This document shows positions 54,308 to 64,000 of a stretch of DNA of 64,000 nt, piece by piece. Under the pieces are notes generated by a model. It was not told where the DNA came from, searched no databases, and saw only the letters and a program-made list of their open reading frames with translations. Position numbers and translations under genes: made by a program. Origin of the DNA: Thermodesulfobacteriota bacterium (GTDB lineage Bacteria; Desulfobacterota; Desulfarculia; JACQYL01); NCBI GenBank assembly GCA_963675595.2, contig CAXXLZ010000002.1, positions 3,200,001 through 3,264,000 of the forward strand, given 5' to 3'. How positions within the stretch are numbered: the first letter of the stretch is position 1; each line of letters begins with the position of its first letter.

Positions 54308-55258
54308 TTAGTCCAGGACGAACATGGTCCGGCATTGACGGAGAAAGGACAGGGTCTCCGAGGTCCGGCGCAGGGATTCCGCCGCTTCGTTGCCGATGAC
54401 CACGTTGGTTCCGGCGGTTCCGGTGACCTGCAGCGCCTTGATGGTCAACGGATTGTTGGTGACCCGTTGATTGCTCTGGGCCGCGTTGATGTCCTTGGAA
54501 TACCCCGCCATGCCGTATTGGACGGCCCACTCGCGATCCGCGAAGGCGGAACCGTAGACTTCTCTTCCGTCTTCGTCCAATACGCGGGGGCTCATGCAGG
54601 GCTTGAGGTTCAGCCCACGGGAGTCGATGACCAGGCCCGTGTAGACCACGCCGGGCTGAGCCGCGGGCTCGACGACGGTTTGCGGCGCGGCCTCGGGTGC
54701 GGCCACCGGCTGTTGGGCCTGTTGCGGCTGAATCGGCCGATTCTCTTGCGGTGCGGACGCCGTCCGGTGTTGAGGCTGCGAGGGTGCGGCTTGCCGCAAC
54801 TTGGGTCCCAGAATTTCGTCCGTGAATCGACCGTAAAGATTCAGAACCATGGTGACCTCCACGGTACCGTCTTCGATGTATCGGGTATCCTCGACTCTGG
54901 CCCCCTTGATCACGCCCTCGACCTTGGCATGGATGACGTCGCTTTCCGTCATGAAATCAGCGACCTTGGTTTCCGCGTCCACCTGAACCCCTTTGATGAT
55001 TTCCAGGAGGTTACGATAAGCCACGGTCCGGGCGGCGCGGAGGGCCATGGGGCGTTCATTGGCTTTGCCCTCATATTTGAGGGGAGGGGCCCCGATGCCC
55101 ACCACGGTGACGTTGCCGTCCTGCCAGTTGATTGTTCCGTTGACCGTTTGTTCCACATACCCCCACCGCCCTTGGGCCAAAGCGGGGACGGCGGCAGTGA
55201 ACCAACAACCCGCCGTCAGCAGGGTCAAAAACACGATCCGCAAAACCCGGTTCATCAT
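54308..55258 (-). CDS. LPP20-family-like secreted protein
   Basis: 'ALRAARTVAYRNLLEIIKGVQVDAET', 'YTGLVIDSRG...MSPRVLDEDGREVYG'. Confidence 0.7.
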   Translation of the reverse strand: MMNRVLRIVFLTLLTAGCWFTAAVPALAQGRWGYVEQTVNGTINWQDGNVTVVGIGAPPLKYEGKANERPMALRAARTVAYRNLLEIIKGVQVDAETKVADFMTESDVIHAKVEGVIKGARVEDTRYIEDGTVEVTMVLNLYGRFTDEILGPKLRQAAPSQPQHRTASAPQENRPIQPQQAQQPVAAPEAAPQTVVEPAAQPGVVYTGLVIDSRGLNLKPCMSPRVLDEDGREVYGSAFADREWAVQYGMAGYSKDINAAQSNQRVTNNPLTIKALQVTGTAGTNVVIGNEAAESLRRTSETLSFLRQCRTMFVLD

Positions 55259-56065
55259 GTTCCACTCCTTTCGTGCGCAAGGGAATGTGCCCATCAGGGC
55301 TGAGAATGGTTTGCGCCGCTTCTTTCAATCGCTTGTTTGAAATTGCTCTTTCCCAACGATCCGCCGAACTTCAGGTCTTCCCTTTTTTTCCACTATCCGT
55401 TCACTGGTTTCTTGCGGGATATCCGGGAAGTCGAAAACGGACCCGCCGCCCTCGCAAGTAACCTAAGCAAAACAGGTGCCGGAGGGTTTCTCTGAGTGCC
55501 CTGCGTGAGGAAGGGCCTTGAACGGTGCCGAACAACGGAGGATTTGAATCGCGGGTTGGAGTTCCTATGGCCGGGTCATCCAGGAAAAGGGTAGCCACAT
55601 TTGGTATTGGAACGAAATATGGCGGTCAATGTTGGTCGTCATGGACGCTCGGCCGATTCGGAGCATGTGATTCCGACACTGAAATGATTGGAATCGGAGG
55701 GACTCCGAATGGGATTACGCGCACTCTGCCGGTTTCCCGGTTGTTTTCCGCATTCGGTTGCTTGTCAATGTGGGCCTCTTGGAATGAGTCAACGGCCGAA
55801 GTCCGCGGACCTAAGACACAAGACACACTCTCCAGGAAATACCACTCGTTTTGGCGCTCTTTGGCTTTTTCTTAGGGATTCGTTTGCCTGCATTTGGTTG
55901 CTCAATGGCTCGTTTCGATGTTTCGGAGTTGGTGACGGCAAGCGGGTCTTGTTCGTGCAGGAAGACAGGAGAGGGTTCGGCCCGAGGCATGTTCATCCGG
56001 TCGGCAAAACAAGAAGCCAAGCGCATGTGCAGGCGCTCGGCCGATTTTCCGATGGATTCCGGCCT

Positions 56066-56569
56066 CTATTCCACTGCGGCCTTCATGTCCTTGATGAGCA
56101 GAAAGAGATGGAAGGGATCGGTGGGGCTGATTTCGAAACCCCATGAGAGATACCACTGTTTCGCGTCTTGTCCTTTGGCGTGCACCGGGAGCGCTCGAAT
56201 TCCGGCGATGTCGGCGGCCTGTACGGTGCGGAGCAGAGCGTCTTTGAGCAATGCGCGGCCCAGGCCCCGCCCCTGATGTGTTCGATCCACGGCCAAGCGA
56301 GCCAACAGCATCACCGGCACGGGATGTCTTGCAAGCCCCTTGACGACCCGAGCGGGCGCATCCTCGGGAACAACACTTCCCACACAAAGGCTGTAATATC
56401 CGGCAACCGTTTTACCCGCACAAGAAACATACGTTTGTGCGCTGTCGGCCTTTTGATTGAGCAAAGCATAGCGCTGGAGGAAGACGTTCAGTTCCGGCTC
56501 TTCGCAGTCGAAGGAATCCACTTATTCGTCGTCGGTGAGTTTGCGGACCGGGCTGAGAGGCTCCTTCAT
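56066..56569 (-). pseudogene. GNAT acetyltransferase toxin (TacT/AtaT-like) with a nonsense codon at position 16
   Basis: ATG 56569 overlaps the antitoxin stop; MKEPLSPVRKLTDDE*VDSFDC...; 'LLARLAVD...QGRGLGRALLKDA'. Confidence 0.8.
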
Positions 56570-56847
56570 CCGTCGAGGATTCCGGGCTCGTTGAGCAATT
56601 GCCTGAGGCGCGGTTTGATCGTCACAGGCCGATCCAGAGCGGCCTGGAACTCCTGCCATCGGGCTTCATCCAGAAGGAATACACGCCTGTCGGCCAGGAT
56701 CTGATTGGCGGCGACGATTCCGGCTTCCAGAATGAATTCGCTTACACTCTTGTGGGACGCTTTGGCGGCTTCATGGAGCAAGGCCTTGGCGGCGCTGCCG
56801 ACACGGATGTCGATGCGTTCGGTTTTTGCTTCTCTTGTGGCGGGCAT
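56566..56847 (-). CDS. DUF1778 ribbon-helix-helix antitoxin (TacA/AtaR-like)
   Basis: 'KTERIDIRV...SVSEFILEA...LADRRVFLLDEARWQEFQAALDRP'. Confidence 0.9.
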   Translation of the reverse strand: MPATREAKTERIDIRVGSAAKALLHEAAKASHKSVSEFILEAGIVAANQILADRRVFLLDEARWQEFQAALDRPVTIKPRLRQLLNEPGILDG

Positions 56848-57008
56848 CTCAGGCCTCCGTGTTTGACAATCGGGAATGTATTGTACGGTGATTGTCCCGA
56901 CAAGTTAATTCGTTGCCTAAGGTTGGCGAGCCGTGGTGCAGGCGATGATGCCCGTTCCCCGAGCGTTGCGGGCTGTGGGCATCACGTTCCAGCCATGCGG
57001 GATAGACG

Positions 57009-57121
57009 GCGGCATTGCTTTGAGCCGCAGTACCGGCCGCCGCCGTGTGACACCCGGTACGAGCCCGCCGACGGACCGGGGGCAGATCCATCGGGATGGT
57101 CGCCGTACCAGTCTCGGCACC
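57009..57121 (-). pseudogene. Relic of an FGE-sulfatase/CLec C-terminus (VR-like)
   Basis: Translates CRDWYGDHPDGSAPGPSAGSYRVSHGGGRYCGSKQCR versus target VQDWYGDYPGGSVTDPTGPSSGSGRVIRGGSWLFSAGFCR. Confidence 0.7.
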
Positions 57122-57204
57122 CGGGGATTGCGGTCACAGTCACAAGGGGAGCGAGCCGTCGGGGGCGCTCAGGTATCGGAAGGACGTGTGGGGCCGTTGG
57201 GTTC

Positions 57205-57513
57205 AACGGCTTCGGCGTGCAGTCTCAGCCCCAGTGCGCCGATCACCTTGAGGATCGTGTCGAACCCTGGGCTTCGCTCGCCGGAGAGCGCCTTGTAAAG
57301 GCTTTCCCTGGAAAGCCCGGCATCGCGCGCCACTTGTGTCATGCCTTTGGCCCGGGTCCGTTTGTCGCCGCCGGCCAACAACACGACCACCTGCCGATCC
57401 TGCTCCCTGTAATACACCCGATAGCCGGGTCCGTAGTCAATCCGCAATTCAGAAACACCCTCACCCACGGCCTTCACATCTCCGGGATTGCCGGCCGCCA
57501 ATCGCTCTATACG
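57205..57513 (-). pseudogene. Fused remnant of a RelE/HigB-like addiction toxin and its HTH antidote
   Basis: 'RIERLAAGNPGDVKAVGEGVSELRIDYGPGYRVYY...LLAGGDKRT' joined in frame to 'RAKGMTQVARDAGLSRESLYKALSGERSPGFDTILKV'. Confidence 0.8.
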
Positions 57514-58164
57514 GTCACATGCTGCTCGTTTTGCGAATCGCGTACGCGATTCGTAAAAGCGCAACGGGGGGCCGGGGGGCCATTGGTCCCCCGGCAGGGG
57601 GTGCAGGGGGACGGCGTCCCTCTGCGGCAAATCTGCTCGGCGTTCTCTTCCCAAGCGTGTCGCAACGGCTTCCGGAATGTGAATCTCAGGATACGGCCCA
57701 CACGACGTTCAAGAAGGTAAGAAGATCACCTCGGCGGTAGACTGGACTTCCGACGAACGGTCGGGCTAAAATATGAACGATTTCTCCTATCGTCGCAGTG
57801 GGCTTTTGTTTTGGCGAATCAGTGCTTCCTGCTCCGGCCGGCGCCTTCCTTTGCTGATTTGTGACCTGCTCAGTTGCCTGGCCGGACGAACCGAATGCAC
57901 TTGGACGAGAGCATGCCGCCGGTTCGGCTCGCATAGGAGTCCGGCATTTCGCTGAATTTGTCACCCAACCGTTCATCATCTATCGAAAGCAGGCAGACGT
58001 CGAATGGCTCTTGGTTGTTCGCCGAGGTCTCTTGTCGGCGTAGCGAACCAGGCAACCGGTATCTTTCTTTCAAGCAGCTTTGAGCCGTCGTTTTGCGCCG
58101 TCGGAGCGGCGCGACAAAGTCGGATTGAGCAACCTAGGTGCCCGTTCTACAAAAGGAGTCGATC

Positions 58165-58974
58165 ATGGAAGATTGGACGCAGCAAGTGATCAATTTTGTA
58201 ACCGGCTATGGTTTGAATATCCTCGGCGCCGTAGTCATTCTGATCTTGGGTAAGATAGCGGCGTCCGTAGGACGGTCGGCTTTGCACAGGGTGCTCACCA
58301 AGGCCGGAACGGATGAGGCTCTGGTCGCCTTTTTCGGGCATTTGGCCTATTACCTCGTCTTGGTGTTCGCGGTCATCGCCGCCTTGTCGAAATTCGGCGT
58401 ACAAACGGCCTCTTTCATCGCCGTACTCGGAGCCGCGGGTTTTGCCGTGGGGTTCGCCTTGCAGGGGTCGTTGGCCAACTTTGCGGCCGGCGTGCTCATC
58501 CTCGTGCTCCGCCCTTTCCGGCTGGGCGATTACATCGAGGGTGCCGGCGTTTCGGGAACCGTCAAGGAAATCCAGCTGTTCAACACCATTCTCGCCACTC
58601 CCGATAATATCAAGATTATTGTGCCCAACGGCAAAATGTTCGGTGATGTGATCAAGAACATAACGGCCTACGATACCAGACGCGTCGATCTTGTGGTGGG
58701 CATCGGCTACGATTCCGACATTGCGTTGGCCTTCCAAACCATTGCGAAAATTCTCGCTGAGGACGATAGGATCTTTCCGGATCCCGCTCCCCAGATCGCT
58801 GTTTCCGATTTGGCGGATTCCAGCGTCAACTTGATTATTCGCCCATGGGTCAAGAAAGAACATTACTGGCCGGTGCGCCTGGATTTGACTCGAAGAATCA
58901 AGGAGGAGTTCGACGAAAACGGTATCGAGATTCCGTTCCCGCAAAGGACGGTGCATATGGTTTCAAACCATTGA
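58165..58974 (+). CDS. mscS: Small-conductance mechanosensitive channel
   Basis: 'LGAAGFAVGFALQGSLANFAAG...RPFRLGD', 'GIEIPFPQR'. Confidence 0.92.
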   Translation: MEDWTQQVINFVTGYGLNILGAVVILILGKIAASVGRSALHRVLTKAGTDEALVAFFGHLAYYLVLVFAVIAALSKFGVQTASFIAVLGAAGFAVGFALQGSLANFAAGVLILVLRPFRLGDYIEGAGVSGTVKEIQLFNTILATPDNIKIIVPNGKMFGDVIKNITAYDTRRVDLVVGIGYDSDIALAFQTIAKILAEDDRIFPDPAPQIAVSDLADSSVNLIIRPWVKKEHYWPVRLDLTRRIKEEFDENGIEIPFPQRTVHMVSNH

Positions 58975-59299
58975 CGGCCTCGGGGCTCCGTGAGTAAGCT
59001 GGACACCATACCCGTCCTTCCATGATGCAGGAGCGATCGACGGAGGTGACGGTACCTTCCGTATCGCTGCGAGGTGATTCCTTTTACTCACCGCGGCCTT
59101 CATGAGCGGAAGGAGATGTAAGGGATCGGTGGGGCCGGCCCCGAAACCCCGGCCGGGTCGTTTCTCCGGCAGTTGTTTTTTCAGCGGATCTTTCGTCGGC
59201 TTTTTGGGCTGCATGCTCAAGCGATGTCCCTTTTCCGGTAATCCGACAACTGGAACCCGAAATCGGACTATGTAGCAAAGACGGCGGAAAAAGCCTTTC

Positions 59300-59337
59300 C
59301 AAAAACAAAAAGCCGAGCGCTTGTGCAAGCGCTCGGC
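59300..59337 (-). terminator. Terminator downstream of tRNA-Pro
   Basis: Minus strand GCCGAGCGCTTGCACAAGCGCTCGGC followed by TTTTTGTTTT. Confidence 0.75.
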
Positions 59338-59355
59338 CGATTTGCCGATGGATTC

Positions 59356-59432
59356 TGGTCGGGGTGACTGGACTTGAACCAGCGACCCCCGCCTCCCGAA
59401 GACGGTGCTCTACCAGGCTGAGCTACACCCCG
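59356..59432 (-). tRNA. tRNA-Pro (anticodon CGG)
   Basis: CGGGGTGTAGCTCAGCCTGGTAGAGCACCGTC-TTCGGGA-GGCGGGGGTCGCTGGTTCAAGTCCAGTCACCCCGACCA, 77-nt cloverleaf with encoded CCA. Confidence 0.96.
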
Positions 59433-60075
59433 AAACCATGAAGACCGCTCTCCTACGGGACATTCGCGCCTCGAACCCCTTGGCGGGGCGTCCGAAGAGT
59501 CGATTCATCCCTCGAAGACCGGAAGCCCCGTATGTTAATGAATACCATATGGATTGTCACGCTTTTTTTAAGGTGGCGGATGTGGTAAGGAAACAAGTGT
59601 CGCATGGGGCGTGCAAAGAGCCGCAGAAGCGGGTCGGCGCATGCTCCGTTGCGGCCGAGACCCGGCCGGTTGATCCGCAGCATTCCGAGACGGCACAGTC
59701 TCGTTTATGAGAATCGATCCCCTTGCCGATATGCCGGGGAGGCGCCTACGGCAAGCCGCCGAGGGCGGGCGTGATCTCGTCGCGGAGATCCGGGTCGCCG
59801 AGATTCGTCGAGGCCGGCTTCCTCCGCACACGGGGTCCGGGGGAAATATGGGTCCCCTGGGGCGACCGTGAGAACCATATCATCAGGTTGCGCCGTGTGG
59901 GTTGTTCGGGTCCGGACCGCTCTCCTCCGCGCGCCCGTCCGCCGAAGACGTTGAGACGTGTTCGGGGGGCCTTGATTTGAAAAGAGGTCCGAGACACAGT
60001 ACGTTCGAGAGTTCTCTTTCGGAGCATACCTAAAACCTTCCACCCGTTCATCATGACAAAAAAAGCAGGTCCCGC

Positions 60076-61098
60076 ATGAAAAAAATCGACACTCGAGACG
60101 CCGTAGGCAAGGTCTTGGGACACGACGTCACGAAGATCATTCCCGGTTCCTTCAAAGGTGTGGCATTCAGCAAAGGGCACGTAATCACGGAAAAAGACGT
60201 GGATGAGCTGATGGACATCGGGAAGTACTCGATCTACGTGATGGAAATGCCTCCCGGACACATTCACGAAGACGAGGCCGGCATTCGGCTGGCCCGGGCT
60301 TTCGCCGAAGAAGACCTCCGATTCACGGGCCCCAAGGAAGGCAAGGTGGCCATTGCGGCTCCCCACCAGGGCCTGCTCCAGGTGCGGCCCGAATTGGTGA
60401 CGCGGGTGAACCTGGTGGAAGGCGTCATGCTGTCCACCCTGCATACTCTTACCCCGGTGGAGGCGGATGAAACCGTGGCCGCGGCCCGAATCCATCCTTT
60501 GACCATCGACGAAAAAGTCATTTTGGACATGGAGGAACTCAGTGTCCGTGAAGGGAAGATCATCCGGGTCCTGCCTTATCTGACCAAACGCATCGGAGCC
60601 TTGGTCACGGGCACGGAAATCGTGGAAGGTCGAATCCGGGACGGTTTTGACGAGGCCGTGGGTAGAAGGATCGAACGCTTCGGTCAGACGGTGCGCATGA
60701 AACTCACGGCCCGGGACGATCGGGATGAGATCGCGTCCAAAATCACCGCCTTGAAACAGGCCGGCATGGAGATCATTACCATCACGGCGGGGCTGTCCGT
60801 GGACCCCGACGACGCCACCGTGGCGGGAGTGAAGCAGGCCGGAGCGAAAATCGTGTTCTACGGGTCTCCTCTCCTCCCCGGCGCCATGTTCCTGTACGCG
60901 AAACTGGACGGTACGGACGTGCTCGGCTTGCCCGCATGCGTGTTTTATCACGCCACTACGGCTTTTGACGTGTTTTTCCCGAGGATTCTGGCCGGGCTGG
61001 AAATCACGCCGCAGCAGGTGGCCGAGATGGGTCACGGAGGGTTCTGTCGCAACTGCCCCGAATGCCGGTATCCCAACTGCGCCTTCGCCAAGGTTTGA
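60076..61098 (+). CDS. Molybdopterin-binding (MoeA/MoCF biosynthesis-like) protein
   Basis: 'AVGKVLGHDVTKIIPG', 'AGLSVDPDDAT', 'LPGAMFL', C-terminal CRNCPECRYPNC. Confidence 0.8.
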   Translation: MKKIDTRDAVGKVLGHDVTKIIPGSFKGVAFSKGHVITEKDVDELMDIGKYSIYVMEMPPGHIHEDEAGIRLARAFAEEDLRFTGPKEGKVAIAAPHQGLLQVRPELVTRVNLVEGVMLSTLHTLTPVEADETVAAARIHPLTIDEKVILDMEELSVREGKIIRVLPYLTKRIGALVTGTEIVEGRIRDGFDEAVGRRIERFGQTVRMKLTARDDRDEIASKITALKQAGMEIITITAGLSVDPDDATVAGVKQAGAKIVFYGSPLLPGAMFLYAKLDGTDVLGLPACVFYHATTAFDVFFPRILAGLEITPQQVAEMGHGGFCRNCPECRYPNCAFAKV

Positions 61099-61117
61099 GG
61101 AATCAATAATCATGATG

Positions 61118-61164
61118 CCGGGGGGCGCTTTTGGAAAAAGCGCCCCCCGGACCCCCCGCAAAAC
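61118..61164. repeat. REP-like hairpin (uninterrupted copy)
   Basis: CCGGGGGGCGCTTTT-GGA-AAAAGCGCCCCCCGG-ACCCCCCGCAAAAC. Confidence 0.7.
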
Positions 61165-61283
61165 GGTTGCGTATGGCCGCACCGCCTCCGGCGGAGCGGC
61201 GGGGTATGAGCAAATGGTCATCATTTACGGGGGGAACTTGTCTATTGTAGGGGCGGGTCCCCAAATCTCCTTTGGAGTCTGTT

Positions 61284-62108
61284 ATGACCATGGATAAACG
61301 GAATTCCTCCCCTTCTCTGAAGGACCTGCGCGTTCTGATCATCGGGGCCGGCGACCTGGCTACGGGTACGGGCCACCGGCTTTTTCAAAGCCGTTTCAGA
61401 GTCATGATGACCGAAATCCTCCAACCGCTGGCCGTTCGCAGGACCGTAAGCTTCAGCGAAGCGGCCTACGAAGGCGTTCATGTGGTGGAAGGGGTGCGAG
61501 CGGAACGCATCGATGATTCCGGCGAAGCGGATCGCGTGTGGGCCGCCGGCGGGGTTCCGATTTTGATTTCGGAGAATCCGGACCTACGCAACCTGGCTTT
61601 CGACGTGGTGGTGGAAGCCACGCTGCGCAAGCGCAACGTGGGCCTGACACGGGAAGTCGCTCCCCTGGTGATCGGCCTTGGGCCGGGTTTCACCGCAGGG
61701 CGGGACGTCCACGTGGTGGTCGAAACCAATCGGGGTCACAATCTGGGCAGGTTGATCTATGAGGGAGCCGCCGAGCCGGATACGGGAATTCCGGGGAACA
61801 TCGCGGGGTTTACCTGGGAACGGGTCCTGCGGTCTCCCGCGGAAGGCGTGCTGGAAGCCGGCATAAGGCTTGGAGACAAGGTGGAAAAGGACCAGGTGGT
61901 GGCTCATGTGGCGGGTTTGCCCGTTGTGGCCGGGGTGTCGGGGGTGGTCCGGGGGCTCATTCGACCGGGCATTCGGGTGAGTGACAAAGCCAAAGTGGGC
62001 GACATTGACCCACGGGGTGAAATCGGATATCTATATTCCATTTCAGACAAATCCAGGGCCATAGCCGGATCGGTGCTGGAAGCCGTTCTCCATCATTTCA
62101 ATTGTTGA
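61284..62108 (+). CDS. yqeB: Selenium-dependent molybdenum hydroxylase system protein (YqeB/EF2563 family)
   Basis: 'GAGDLATG', 'AVRRTVSFSEA', 'IGLGPGF', 'ETNRGHNLGR', 'KVGDIDPRG', 'ISDKSRAIAGSVLEA'. Confidence 0.85.
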   Translation: MTMDKRNSSPSLKDLRVLIIGAGDLATGTGHRLFQSRFRVMMTEILQPLAVRRTVSFSEAAYEGVHVVEGVRAERIDDSGEADRVWAAGGVPILISENPDLRNLAFDVVVEATLRKRNVGLTREVAPLVIGLGPGFTAGRDVHVVVETNRGHNLGRLIYEGAAEPDTGIPGNIAGFTWERVLRSPAEGVLEAGIRLGDKVEKDQVVAHVAGLPVVAGVSGVVRGLIRPGIRVSDKAKVGDIDPRGEIGYLYSISDKSRAIAGSVLEAVLHHFNC

Positions 62109-62137
62109 GTTCCCATCTCTCGCCTCGGTGAAACGCT

Positions 62138-63163
62138 ATGAACGAGCAATCCGCAGGACCCGTTTGGATCACGGGCGCCGCCGGCTTCATCGGCTACCAT
62201 CTCTCGGAGAGGCTGCTCCGAGAAGGCTTTGAAGTCATCGGAATCGACAATCTGGACGACTACTACGATGTCAACCTGAAAAAGGCCCGGTTGAGCCGTC
62301 TGACGGACTTGTCCGGGTTCACCTTCGTAAAAGCGGACATTGCCGACAGGGGGCTGATGCCGGACTTGTTCCGCAAACACGCTCCATGGCGCGTGGTCAA
62401 TCTGGCCGCTCAGGCCGGCGTTCGCCACTCCCTGAAGAATCCTTACGTGTACATCGACTCCAACATCCAGGGCTTTCTGAACATTCTGGAAGGTTGCCGA
62501 TGGGCCAACGTGGATCACCTCGTGTTCGCTTCGTCGAGTTCGGTCTACGGGGCCAATACCCGCATGCCGTTCTCCGTGTCGGACAACGTGGACCACCCGG
62601 TGTCCCTTTACGCGGCCACCAAGAAGTCCAATGAACTGATGGCGCATACCTACAGCCATCTCTACGGCGTTCCCTGTTCCGGGCTTCGGTTCTTCACCGT
62701 GTACGGTCCCTGGGGCAGACCCGATATGGCGCTGTTTTTGTTTACCAAAGCCATCCTGGAAGACCGTCCCATCGACGTGTTCAATTTCGGCAAGATGCTC
62801 CGGGATTTCACCTATGTGGACGATATTGTCGAGGGGGTCGTGCGGGTGATGGGTCATCTTCCCGAGCCGGACCCGGAGTGGAGCGGCGACCGACCGGACC
62901 CGTCCCGCAGCAACGCACCGTACCGAATCTACAACATCGGGAACAACGAGCCTGTGGAGCTAATGCGTTTCATTGAGGTCCTCGAGAACGCTTTGGGCAA
63001 AGAGGCCAAAAAGAACCTGCTTCCCATACAGCCGGGAGACGTGCCCGCCACGTACGCGGACATCGTAGATCTTGAGCAGACGGTGGGGTTTCGGCCGGCG
63101 ACTCCCCTGGAAACGGGGATTCAGCGGTTCGTGGACTGGTATCGCAGCTACTACGGGGTTTGA
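62138..63163 (+). CDS. NAD-dependent epimerase (UDP-glucuronate 4-epimerase-like)
   Basis: 'TGAAGFIG', 'NLAAQAGVR', 'YAATKK', 'RFFTVYGPWGRPDMA'. Confidence 0.92.
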   Translation: MNEQSAGPVWITGAAGFIGYHLSERLLREGFEVIGIDNLDDYYDVNLKKARLSRLTDLSGFTFVKADIADRGLMPDLFRKHAPWRVVNLAAQAGVRHSLKNPYVYIDSNIQGFLNILEGCRWANVDHLVFASSSSVYGANTRMPFSVSDNVDHPVSLYAATKKSNELMAHTYSHLYGVPCSGLRFFTVYGPWGRPDMALFLFTKAILEDRPIDVFNFGKMLRDFTYVDDIVEGVVRVMGHLPEPDPEWSGDRPDPSRSNAPYRIYNIGNNEPVELMRFIEVLENALGKEAKKNLLPIQPGDVPATYADIVDLEQTVGFRPATPLETGIQRFVDWYRSYYGV

Positions 63164-63245
63164 GCCGTCGAAATTCCTTACCTATTCACCTAATTCCATT
63201 TGTGCCGACGAATCGTCGCCGCACGCCGAAGGAAAGGCGGGAATC

Positions 63246-64000
63246 ATGGGAGCTTATGATTTCACCATTTACGACGTGATCCGGAAAAACGCGCAACTTC
63301 GTCCCAACGAAGACGCGGTGGTGTTCAAAGGCCGTCGTTTTACCCATGCCGAGTTCAAGGATCGGTGCGACCGGCTTGCCGCCGGACTGGTGGAATCGGG
63401 CGTCGCGCCGGGAGAACGTGTGGGAGTGGTGGCGCAGAACAGCGACGAGTTCCTGATGATCTATGGAGCCGCCGCCAAAGTGGGGGCCGTAGTCCTTCCC
63501 GTGAACTGGCGTCTGCAGCCCGACGAAATCGCTTATATCCTGAAGGACGGTGCACCCAAAGTTGTGATCGCCGGGTCCGAGTTTCAGCAGGTGACTCGGG
63601 ACGCCCTACAAGGCGTGTCTTCCGTCGAGGCCTGTTTCGTAATGGACGGCGGGGAGACCGCCGAGGGTTTCAACAAGCTGGAGACGGCCTACATCGAGCA
63701 GGGAAAGGACCGGGAATTCGAGGTATCCGCAGAGGACGGTTTTGTGATCATCCATACGGCCGCTGTGGAGGGACGTCCCCGGGGTGCGCTGCTCAGCCAT
63801 CGGGCTTTCGTGGCCGGCAACCTGATGCAGATGGAGATGTTCGGTCTCAAGGCCGACGACGCGCATCTCTGCTTCATTCCTCTTTTTCATATCGCCGGGT
63901 TGGGACTCGCCATGGCCGTCATGCATGCCGGCGGAAAGAACGTGGTCCAGGAGAAGCTGGAAGCGGAAACGACTCTCGAACTGATACAAAGGGAACGCGG
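63246..64000 (+). CDS. AMP-binding acyl-CoA ligase family protein, N-terminal part (runs off the window)
   Basis: Manual translation MGAYDFTIYDVIRKNA...VGAVVLPVNWRLQPDEI...IHTAAVEGRPRGALLSH...PLFHIAG. Confidence 0.8.
   Translation, partial: MGAYDFTIYDVIRKNAQLRPNEDAVVFKGRRFTHAEFKDRCDRLAAGLVESGVAPGERVGVVAQNSDEFLMIYGAAAKVGAVVLPVNWRLQPDEIAYILKDGAPKVVIAGSEFQQVTRDALQGVSSVEACFVMDGGETAEGFNKLETAYIEQGKDREFEVSAEDGFVIIHTAAVEGRPRGALLSHRAFVAGNLMQMEMFGLKADDAHLCFIPLFHIAGLGLAMAVMHAGGKNVVQEKLEAETTLELIQRER

Noticed and set aside
55300-56060. Short ORFs between the LPP20-like gene and the GNAT toxin
   Set aside because: No recognisable motifs or clear RBS; treated as intergenic or decayed DNA.
57650-59350. Integrase or prophage next to tRNA-Pro
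   Set aside because: No tyrosine or serine recombinase motifs and no phage structural genes were seen.

Overview
GC-rich bacterial chromosome segment; the gene content suggests an anaerobic deltaproteobacterium (Desulfobacterota/Syntrophobacterales-like; inference). 1-22.6 kb is mostly housekeeping (coaD, rsmD, miaB, two IHF subunits, thrS-infC-rpmI-rplT-pheS-pheT-ihfA-merR), with a NusG-II / Gx-EcfT fusion / cytochrome c lipoprotein cluster at the left edge. 22.7-34 kb holds a chemoreceptor, a B12 radical SAM gene broken by a 135-bp duplication, and two tandem 921-aa formate dehydrogenase paralogs, one with selenocysteine (UGA + SECIS) and one with cysteine. About 36.3-59.4 kb is an accessory region, bracketed by tRNA-Pro(CGG) and a degenerate copy of its 3' end plus hairpin. 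It contains secreted clan-CD peptidase proteins, a MITE-flanked sigma-54 activator, an IS1111-type (IS110 family) element inserted in a REP-like hairpin, a group II intron behind another such hairpin, and decaying toxin-antitoxin modules. The main finding is a complete diversity-generating retroelement: target(VR)-HRDC-avd-RT-TR. 22 of its 23 TR/VR differences are at template adenines, and it diversifies the C-terminus of a secreted caspase-like protease-PEGA-FGE/CLec protein. A relic of a second VR-like sequence lies about 6.5 kb from the VR. All family assignments are from motif recognition; no database searches were run.
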